Shown here piece by piece: positions 53,801 to 64,000 of a stretch of DNA of 64,000 nucleotides. Numbering within the stretch: the stretch's first letter is position 1; each line of letters opens with the position of its first letter. Source of the stretch: Eledone cirrhosa. Lineage: Eukaryota. Location: assembly GCA_964016885.1 (NCBI GenBank), contig OZ024743.1, positions 246,078,001 through 246,142,000 of the forward strand. Reading direction: 5' to 3'. The notes beneath the pieces were generated by a model. The model saw nothing but the letters and a program-made list of their open reading frames with translations, had not been told where the DNA came from and ran no database searches. The position numbers and the translations under genes were made by a program.

Positions 53801-54230
53801 TGGCAAACCCCTCGTCTGGGATGCCACTTGCACCGACACTTTCTGCAGCTGCAACCTGGTGCAGTCTGCGACTGACTCAGGTTCTGCTGCACGTCGGGCT
53901 GAGGGGCCAAACTCCTCAAATACAGGTCGCTCTCCAACAGGTTTGCGGTCGTTCCCCTGGCAGTGGAAACTTCTGGTGTCCTCGGCCCCAGGGCTACCTC
54001 CTTACTCACCACCAAAGGCGCTGAGCTGGCCAGCCGCAGGTGTGACCCCCGCGAGTTGGAGTGGCTTTTCCAGCGCATCTCCCTTGCTGTCCTCCGGGGA
54101 AACGCCTTCTCCATTCTGTCCGCCGGGGCTGTGGGTGGGCCCCATCGCCTACCAATACATTAGTTAAATACCATTCTTTCATCTGATACAACACAATAAA
54201 GACTAAAGTGTTTTAAAAAAAAAAAAAAAA
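50890..54230 (+). mobile_element. Near full-length CRE-clade non-LTR retrotransposon (PHD-like finger, RT, CCHC, restriction-like endonuclease), frameshifted
   Basis: GC-rich block encoding CLGCGCFHHLTC..WRCRSC, PIAVGNVFRRL, QLGVG, D.RNAFN, GVQQGDP, WYLDD, CRCG, RHGALN, RPDG..WDAT and WLFQRISLAVLRGNA. It ends in AATAAA and A16 at 54215-54230. The 5' boundary is approximate. Confidence 0.92.
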
Positions 54231-54686
54231 TAATCTCACATAATACGGGTAATTGGCAAATGGTTGTGGAGAAAAGGTTATGACATGACAACAGAATTTA
54301 CTATAACCAAAATATATATTATTATTAAAATATACATACCTTCACACATACATGCTGTCTTCATTTCTGAAGACAGCATGTATATGTGAAGGTATGTATA
54401 TTTCCTCTGATAGTTTGTAATATTTTTACATAGATCTATATGATATACATACCAACACATATATACATCCTAGAAACGATCGTAAAATGATGAATTTTTT
54501 AATATAAGGAACTTGTTCTTTGTTTTTATTTCATTGTTTTTATTAATTTATCTCGACTCTGTTTTCCTATGATTTTCATCGAAAATTTTTGAATGCATCT
54601 TCTCTTTTCATGATATTTGGATTACATTGAGTTCTTCATACGGATTGGACACTACCATATATTTTGGTAGATTTATCTACACATAC

Positions 54687-54717
<31 letters not shown>

Positions 54718-54810
54718 CATATATTTGTTATCCCGTACCCGTTGTCTTTTATCCATGACATACTTCCTACTCAGCCCATAGTAGAGATTATTACTTATAA
54801 AGGAGTAAGG

Positions 54811-54882
<72 letters not shown>

Positions 54883-55534
54883 AAACATGTGTGTGTGTGT
54901 ATGTGTGTACCCTTACTCCTTTATAACTAAAAATATGGCCTTGTTTTCAATCAAAAGAAAAATAAATATTCAGCGATATTTTTCTGCAAGTTGGGATAAG
55001 AACCCCGCTTACATTAAAGACCATTGGTAGGTCTCATTGATATCTTTATTTTCTTTATCCATCCAGTTGACAGTTTTATGATTAGTGTTCAACATAACGT
55101 TTATGTGTTGTCGGCCAGTTTACAGTGTCACTAAGGTTTTAACAACTTTTATTATACATCTGAAATATGTCATAAATAGGCTTTAGTTGTTCATTCGGCT
55201 CCTTCAGACATACTTTTCCTGCATTTGATCAGCAATTATTGTTGATTTCGTATTCCAAACATACTTTGTTGCATTTATAACTATAAAACATTGGAATGCT
55301 ACAACATAAGAAAAGATGATAACAACAAGGTCACGAAATATCTTGCAATATTGCTATTTATTTCGGCTCCTTGCACTCTGAGTTAAAATCCCGTTAAAGT
55401 CAACTTTGCTTTTCATCCCGCTGTAATCGATGAATAAAATATAAGTCTAGCGCTGTAAAACTGGCGGAATGTTCTGAGCATTGGGCGGGTTGGCTCACGG
55501 TATTTATTCCAGCTTTTTACGTTCTGATTTCAGA

Positions 55535-56010
55535 CATCAATGGGAGACCTCAATGCACATGTTAGCACTGTCCACATGGAATGGAGTGATTGAAAGGAAC
55601 GGCGTTCCTGATCTAAATACGAATGGAGAGGCGTTAGACGTCTGTTCTAGCAATGGAAACTCTATTATGAACGCCTTTTTCCAGCACAGAGACACCCATA
55701 AATATACATGATATAAGGGGAATCAGGGATAGAGATGAATAATTGATTTCGTTATTGTCTCTGATATTTTTGATTCTGTACTGGATGTTCTTGTTAAGAG
55801 AGGGGCTGATCTGTCAACTGATCACTATATAGTTATCTGTAACTTGAGACTACATAAAGCCAAAGAAGCCCCCAAAACTGACAGGTCCTACAGGATAAAG
55901 TGGGAAGCGTTATTGGATATGGAAGTTAGGATCAGGTATGCAGATACTATTGCATCCAAATTCAGAGAACTCCCTGAGCAAACTGAGGATGTTGAAACGG
56001 AGAGGAGATT
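55535..56010 (+). mobile_element. LINE apurinic-endonuclease fragment (degenerate)
   Basis: GDLNAH, NG..L, SIMNAFFQHRDTHKYT, IDFV and RGADLSTDH motifs. Confidence 0.8.
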
Positions 56011-57689
56011 GTTCATTTTAAATGTGTTCTATTTAAATTAAAATCCATCAACATAATTTGATATAAGAACTTTTTGTTCAGTTTAGGTTACAAATACCGT
56101 CTTAATATTGAAATAGTTAATAACTTTAGTAAAACCGTTCAAATTGTTCATTAACTAATTCAAATACAGTGTATTTCATTAGAAATATGGATTCGAAAGG
56201 GTTTAACATGTCCCACTTCTATAATATGATGGAGGGCAGTTAGGTTGTCGGGCATGTAGCACTGTGATCATGGCCATGAGCTTTAAGTCTCAATGACCCA
56301 GTTTACCTAAACACATGTAGGTACGACAATGTCAATTGATTTATTGTCGATAACATCAGCAGCATTGTAAAAATTATCTTTAATAGCCTTGCAGTAACTA
56401 GTTGTGTTGTTTTTCTTGGTGAGTTGTATCCAATAATGCATTACAGTCGATTACCCGTAGATGTATCTTGTTGAACATGATGAGTCAAGTAACTGAGATG
56501 ATTGTTTGTCAAAAGACGAATCAACAACCTAAGAAGAATACATTAATCAACGACCGAGTCTGTATGTGGTTGGTTGACTTTCATCATAGATCTGCTGGAT
56601 CATGGCTGACATCTAGGATGATGTTTTTGTTTGATGATATTTTTGTTTGCGTAAATATTCATAATCATTCACTTACGTGTCATTGTAATTGTTAATACAT
56701 ATTAGAGGGCATCTATTTGTTTATCCACATCAGAGCCGGATTTATAGCAGGGCAGACGGGGCATTTTCCCGAAGTCCACCAGCAGCAGAGGGCCCTGTTG
56801 GCGTGGGTGAGGCCTAGCAAGATTTACTTTAAAGACATCAGATAGTTGTTGTAGACAGCAAAATTACACCACAAAACAGTTGCTATAAAAAAATATATTA
56901 CATTAATGTCAGAACATGAGTGCTGAAAATACATGTGAAACTAACTATTCAGAACAGTACCATTAAATAATTCCTGCACTTCCAACCTTCCATAACCTTA
57001 AAGAAAATATACATTTTTACGCTTCAACCAGGATGGTGCGCATATACATGATTGGTAAATAAATACCTTTTATATGTTATATGTAATTGATCCTGGTGAT
57101 TTTTCTACAAAGGTATTGAAAATAATATTCTTTGGGCATGAAACATATGTAAATCAAATAAATAATGTATTAATTGTTAAACCTTGGTGATCTATTGTTT
57201 ATGTTATATATGCCCTGTGATGATAAATCTACGATGACCGGAAGTATACTAACTGGATTTACCTCTGCACTACCTTTCGCTAATCTGGATATTGAAAAAA
57301 AATCCACATCTGGGCTTTAAATATCTGAATCCCTTACTGTTGAATTATCATCTTATATATATATAATTGGTGTTGGATGTTTAAAGCGTCCGTATGCGGT
57401 AGGCCGTATGAGCACTCAATGCCCTCGTAGGGCAGAGAATGATATCACAGAAAAAAGAGAATCAGTGTTGCGACGAAAGGAATTTATTGGACATATTACA
57501 AATGTTTCTCGGGGGACCAGCTCGAGGCACGATCGATATGGTGATCACACCTGACTCTAACATCAACACAGTCGTCAGATACGTCTCGATTCTACGAAGC
57601 AGATTTTCCTGTATATGATATATATATATTTCGTTTCTGAATTTGTTTAGCAAGATTCTTTATCTGAAATCGTGTGTTGAAACCGATAT

Positions 57690-58528
57690 TGTTATACTTT
57701 GGGAGGGTCATGTTGCCAATAAGAAACACACGCACCAGTTGCTTTCACTTCATGTATAGATAAGAAATGTATAACCTGTAAAATAATCCCCCATATTAAC
57801 TGTAAAACTAGAAATGTAGTGTATAGCATAAGATGTACTGCAGGACAATGTAGAGACAAAAATATAGTGTACATAGGTGAGACAGCTCGTAGCGTAGGGG
57901 AACGGATAAATGAACACTGGCGAGACCTTCAAGATAGTAAAGAATCATCTGTACTCTACCAACATGCTAAAATAGAACACAAGGGTAAATTAGAGAACAT
58001 AGAAATAAAAATAGAATCTACACACAGAAAAGACGCAATGTTTAGACAAATTACAGAGGCAATAAACATAAAAGAATTACAACCAAAATTAAATAGAAAA
58101 TATGAGTGGAACAGCAACATCACAACTTACAATTAAAGACAAAATGAAAACACACACACACATAGAACAAACAACCAACCAGTAACATGTAAATAAACAA
58201 ATAAATAAATGAACATAAACACACACAGACACCCGGATGAAGCGCATGCGCAGACTGAGCACACAACACACACACAGAAACAAAATGGCGTAGGACAGAA
58301 CAAAGGAGAGGCACAGAAACAAAGAAAGGAATCCCCAGTCACTGAAGAGGTCACAGAGTGTGTGACGAAAGAACTATGACAATATATTAACAACTATCTG
58401 GTTGTGGAACCAACCAACCAGAAATTTATAAATTTATAAATTTATTATAAATTTATTATAATAAATTGAAGTGAAAGCAACTGGTGCGTGTGTTTCTTAT
58501 TGGCAACATGACCCTCCCAAAGTATAAC
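57690..58528 (+). mobile_element. Penelope-like element 3' fragment with an inverted 5' piece
   Basis: GIY-YIG ORF 57819-58136 (VYSIRC..VYIGETARS..RINEH..TEAINIKELQPKLN). Segment 57690-57752 is the reverse complement of 58467-58528. Confidence 0.92.
58338..58380 (+). ncRNA. Minimal type I hammerhead ribozyme in the PLE 3' repeat
   Basis: GTCA-CTGAAGA-G-GTCACA-GAGTG-TGTGAC-GAAAG-AA-CTA^TGAC. Confidence 0.85.
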
Positions 58529-58588
58529 GATATATATATATATATATATAAATATATATATATGATATATATATATATGATATGTATA

Positions 58589-58632
58589 TAGGGTTAGGGT
58601 TAGGGTTAGGGTTAGGGTTAGGGTTAGGGTTA
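58589..58632 (+). repeat. Interstitial telomeric repeat, 7 x GGGTTA
   Basis: The perfect array is embedded in a (TA)n-TGA microsatellite (58529-58970). Confidence 0.95.
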
Positions 58633-58633
58633 T

Positions 58634-58702
<69 letters not shown>

Positions 58703-58744
58703 ATATATATATATATATATATGATATATATATATATATATATA

Positions 58745-58947
<203 letters not shown>

Positions 58948-59075
58948 ATATATATATATATATATATATAACGAAGGAAATGTGGTAAGGAACCAGGTGG
59001 ACCATGGGTGTGGACCATGAGTCCAGAATTAGCCGTCGAAACGGCTTGAGCTCAGCTGTCGGGGTCTTACTGGTT

Positions 59076-59127
<52 letters not shown>

Positions 59128-59410
59128 CCATTCAATACATGCCCGTGGGGAAAGTGCACTTAAAATGAAGGTGGTCAGATGTTTTGCATTTAACATCTAT
59201 AGTATATGTGTAACTTGACAATTACAATTACATGCGCCAAGCCGACTTTAAAATGTAAACTTGGAGGTTTGTTGTGTATTTTAATTGTTTGTGTATGAGC
59301 CTCCCTCACTCCAAAAATGCTGAAGTACCCCGGGCCCACAAAACGTGAAATGCCCGGGGCCCCGAAGTTCTAAATCCGGCCCTTCCTGAGCCTAATCACT
59401 CCCAAACACG

Positions 59411-59466
<56 letters not shown>

Positions 59467-59843
59467 CAAAGTCATAAGGACATATATATATTTAAACATA
59501 GTCACAGATACATATATGAGTGCTGGCTACCTTCAACGGTGTGGCTCGATGAGGGAATGAATTAAGTAAATAATTATCAATCAGAGCTATATATATTATA
59601 AGTTTGAAGAATAGTCAGACAAAATTTATCCAATTTTTTCTTCTTAGTCCGTAGAAATCAACCAGATAAATAATCGTTTAAACGGAGTTAAGTTTAAAAT
59701 GTAACTTTGAAGAAATAACAGATAAATGTTATCGATATTCCTTTATGAGGAACAGTCAGATAAAATTACCTAGTCTTTCCTCTTAGTCCGTAGAAATGTG
59801 AGTTGGAACAAAATAATAGATAAACGTTACCAAAAATTCTCCC

Positions 59844-59935
59844 AGTCCCGACTATCGATAGTTTCGCTCGTACTTTGTGGAAATGTCTAATCGTTGCATG
59901 CATTATCCATGGGGCTCCAAGCTTTTCAAGATACT
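59844..59935 (-). ncRNA. Candidate U3-A8 variant hammerhead with a long stem II
   Basis: Minus strand AGTATC-TTGAAAA-GCTTG..(47 nt)..CGAGC-GAAAC-TATCGATA-GTC^GGGACT. Stem III is a palindrome and stem I has one mismatch. It lies between inverted arms 59595-59710 and 60158-60275. Confidence 0.55.
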
Positions 59936-60271
59936 CCCTCAGTTAGGACCGAAATTTCCAAATTGATCACCGTTAGCAACGAATTCAAAAGGGGTGGAAA
60001 AAATTCACGTGGCTAGCGGTCAAGATAGAAGTGTTGTGAAGGGTAGGTCGGTGGCAAGTAAATTCATTGCTAGAAGAAGCAGTTAGTTGCCGCCTAAGGT
60101 TTGCTCAGACGTAAGGGAGTATAGAACAAAGTCATAAGGATATATATATATTTAAACATTCAAAGTTACATTTTAAACTTAGGTCCGTTTAAATGATTAT
60201 TTATCTAGTTGATTTCAACGGACTCAGAAGAAAAAATTTGATAAATTTTGTTTGATTATTCTTCAAACTAA

Positions 60272-60335
<64 letters not shown>

Positions 60336-60472
60336 AAAAGGTATGACCCTGACGGCAGAGCTCAAGCCGTTTCGACGGGGTCATACCTTTTCCTATTACC
60401 CACTCTACTACCCTAATTATTGAGTACTCTGTTGCGTTATGGTCCATCTGGTTCCTTACCACAATTCCTTCG

Positions 60473-60545
<73 letters not shown>

Positions 60546-60689
60546 TAAAATAGCGAGCTGTATGGTTGCAATTAAGTATAATGAAAATAAAAGTTACGGG
60601 CGAAAGAGGGCAATATCCATCGTCAGTTGTCTGCTAGGAATCATAGGTATTTCTTGGCGTTAGAGAGAAGATACCTCAGCCTAAGGCGA

Positions 60690-61522
60690 ACAATAAGGAG
60701 CCCACCTACATATAGAATGCTACCCTTTAATTTTTATAATGAATAAATAACATTTTCGAAAAATACATAAGTGGAAACAAAACAGTGCAATCAAATTTTT
60801 ACGGAAAAATATCTTACCTTCTCCAATAAAAAATATTATGTATATTGCGAAATCCAGAGACTTTCAATAGTGATCAGAAGTCGACCCTAAATTTTACTAA
60901 TAGCTCTAGGAAAGCCATGAACGTCACCACATCTTTTTAACCTTGATTTTGAAAGTAGGTTTATAATTATCAATTTTCATTATACTTTTGTAGCTGTCTC
61001 GGTGGCCTACTTGGAGGAATCATAGCCGGTGGTGATCCTGGTTGGAAGTAGGGTTCCCAGTAAACCTTTTCAGTTTTTTTTTCTATTGGTTGTAAAATAA
61101 AAACTGAAAAAAGGTTACATGTACCTCTTGACCAGGATTGAACCCAAGGCAAGGACCTTCATCGTCTCTAGTACCTACCGCTAGGCCACAGAGACAACTA
61201 CGAAAGTCTTATGAAAATTCATTCTTATAAACCTACTTTCAAAATTTTCAAAACAAAGTGTTGTGGTTTCGATCATGTCTTTATTTATGTTATTACTCCT
61301 ACTTAAGGTCGACTTCTAAATCATTTGGGTGTTCCATAAACTAAACCATCGTATTGTTTCACATCTATATAGACTACATAATCCATGTTTCATTTCTGTT
61401 CCATCTTATCACCCCCCTCTCTCTTTCTCTCTGTAATATTTGAATCTATATGATTTGGGCTTACCTTATTCCTATATATATGTTTTTGCATGTCAGTTAG
61501 AGTCAAACTTACAATGAATGGC

Positions 61523-61598
<76 letters not shown>

Positions 61599-61822
61599 CA
61601 TATACAGTGGCGGACTATGTCTAAAAATATTGGTTGTCAGGAGATAAAGGGGGCCCACCTACATATAGAATGCTATTATTTAATTTTTATAATGAATAAA
61701 TAACATTTCCAAAAAATCCATAAGTGGAAACAAAACTGCAATTACATTTGTGTGGAAAAATATCTTACCTTCTTCAATAAAAATGATTATGTATTTTGCG
61801 AAATCCAGAGACTTTCAATAAT
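60690..61822 (+). repeat. Dispersed ~175-bp direct repeats (60690-60869, 61643-61820), probably DNA-transposon subterminal sequence
   Basis: Both read GCCCACCTACATATAGAATGCTA..GCGAAATCCAGAGACTTTCAATA. The second follows CAGTGGCGGACTA at 61606. Confidence 0.7.
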
Positions 61823-61882
61823 GACCTTTGGTCTTTCACATTCCCTTAATATATATATGTGTGTATGTGTGTGTGTGTGTGC

Positions 61883-61926
<44 letters not shown>

Positions 61927-62114
61927 CGGAGGAGTTGTGGTAAGGAAACAGATGGACCATAACGTACCAGAGTACTCAATACTTAGGGTGGTAGAATGGG
62001 TAATAGGAGAAAGTATGACCACGACGGCAGAGCTCAAGCCGTTTCGACGGCTATTTCTGGACCAGTATTAGCCGTCGAAACGGCTTGAGCTCTGCCGTCG
62101 GGATCATACTTTTT

Positions 62115-62155
<41 letters not shown>

Positions 62156-62429
62156 GGAATAGAATGAAACGAAATTTCATTTCTCACTCTTAGTACGGCA
62201 CTTACTTAAATGTAAGTATGTATGTATACGTACATACATATATGTATACAGACGTACAGTAGTATGTATATATATACATACATGCACACATATATATATG
62301 CACGTATTGGTTTACCGAACATTTATTATAATGCTCGGTTTGTTTGTTTGTAAACAAACAAACAGCCTGAATTACGCCGTACAGTGTTTAGGCAACCACG
62401 TCACCTTTTTGTTCAACACTGACACAGGA

Positions 62430-62472
62430 ACGATGTACTAGTTTCAAGCTTATTAGCTATCGTCAGCATCGT
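62430..62472 (-). ncRNA. Minimal type I hammerhead ribozyme
   Basis: Minus strand ACGATG-CTGACGA-T-AGCT-AATA-AGCT-T-GAAAC-TA-GTA^CATCGT. Stem I is 6 bp and stem III is the palindrome ACTAGT. Confidence 0.9.
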
Positions 62473-62766
62473 ATACCTTCCTGCCAGATGGTTGAACGTC
62501 TGAAAGTATATACTTTCCTTATGCATATTAACGGCTGAGCAGCCTAATTTGCATATCGAGTGAGTTCAGTCGGCCGGGCACACCGAAAACGATAAATGGA
62601 ATAGAATGAAACGAAATTTCATTTCTCACTCTTAGTACGGCATTTATCGTTTTCGGTGTGCCCGGCCGACTGAACTCACTCGGTATGCAAATTAGGCTGC
62701 TCAGCCGTTAATATGCATAAGAAAAGTATATACTTTCAGACGTTCAACCATCTGGCAGGAAGGTAT

Positions 62767-62809
62767 ACGATGCTGACGATAGCTAATAAGCTTGAAACTA
62801 ATACATCGT
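62767..62809 (+). ncRNA. Minimal type I hammerhead ribozyme with a stem III mismatch
   Basis: Same as 62430-62472 but with GAAAC-TA-ATA (G to A at position 16.2). Confidence 0.8.
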
Positions 62810-63018
62810 TCCTGTGTCAGTGCTGAACAAAAAGGTGACGTGGTTGCCTAAACACTGTACAGCGTAATTTGGGCTGTTTGTTTTATTACAAACAAACAAA
62901 CCGAGCATTATAATAAATGTTCGGTAAACCGATACGTGCATATATATATGTGTGCATGTATGTATATATATACATACTACTGTACGTTTGTATACATATA
63001 TGTATGTACGTATACATA

Positions 63019-63095
<77 letters not shown>

Positions 63096-63286
63096 CACCT
63101 TCACCACTAATTGATTTGACAGATGTCTTTAACCAAATATTATTTGGTCAATAGTTAAGGTTCACTTTGCCTTTCATCCTTACGGGATCGATAAAATAAA
63201 GTACCAGTAATGTACTGGATAATTGCTGGCCTTGTGCCTAAAGTAGAAACAATTATTTGGTTAATAGTGCGTGTGTAAGTATATAA

Positions 63287-63372
<86 letters not shown>

Positions 63373-63748
63373 TTGTATAAGTATATTAATGTATATATAT
63401 ATATATATGCTTGTGTGTCTGTGTCTAAATATGTATGTTTGCATGCATGAATGAATACACTATGCTTTAGATTTAGTAGAATATACAACCATTGCACTAT
63501 CGTATATTTTGGTTTCTAGTAATTCCCTGGGGAATTGGTTGACCAAATGCTTTGCTTAATTGTTTTATTTATTTTTTTAAAAATGCTATTTTTTCTCTTA
63601 GATTTCAGGTATTTTTTGAAAGCAAAGCATTGGCCCCTAAAATACTATAGTGGACCCTGCAATGCTACTGTGAGCTCTTGCAATGCTACCGTGTGCCCCC
63701 TGGGGCCCACTTGCCATTGGGCAACCTGGCAACTTGGCCAGTCCGCCA

Positions 63749-63799
<51 letters not shown>

Positions 63800-64000
63800 G
63801 AGTATAGAAAATTATTGTGAGCAAGAAGCCAACAGTATTCCATAATATATAAGTGATTATAGCATCAAAATGGAAAAATAGTAACGTTGGATGTGGGGAA
63901 ATATCTTTCCATTGCAATACCATCGTTGTTTGTTTACATGTCTCGCTCGTTTCACGCTATTTTACTTGTCCCAATAACTCTATTGCTCGCGCCAACTAGA

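Larger units (their letters stand above)
62213..63022. repeat. Long inverted repeat (~385-bp arms, 42-bp spacer) with a hammerhead in each arm
   Basis: Arms are 62213-62598 and 62641-63022. The spacer sequence is also directly repeated at 62150-62200. The element is flanked by (TA)n. Confidence 0.92.

Noticed and set aside
57480-57585. Minus-strand CTGACGA and GAAACAT..ATGTC
   Set aside because: No consistent stem I or II links the two halves. At most it is a half-motif.

Overview
This is AT-rich animal genomic DNA, most likely an octopus or other cephalopod. That call is inferred from tRNA-headed SINEs with RTE-type (GAT)n tails, abundant RTE LINEs, dense (TA)n tracts and a TTAGGG repeat. 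The left third holds the last four recognisable + strand exons of a CEP72/LRRC36-family centrosomal coiled-coil gene (6704-17767). A 163-codon antisense ORF overlaps its terminal exon. The rest is transposon landscape: RTE LINEs, three separate CRE-clade (restriction-like endonuclease) non-LTR elements, a SPIN/OC1-like hAT, a DD32D Tigger, a non-coding LTR element with a 4-bp TSD, three Penelope-like (PLE) coding remnants, SINEs and minisatellites. The most striking unannotated signal lies at about 31-63 kb. It contains roughly a dozen recognisable and several degenerate or half type-I hammerhead ribozyme motifs, from about ten unrelated sequence families, nearly all in or next to (TA)n tracts. 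They occur as PLE 3' ends, as a direct-repeat retrozyme-like unit (554-nt period), and as inverted repeats or palindromes that put one ribozyme on each strand. All folds were read by eye; no searches or folding programs were run.
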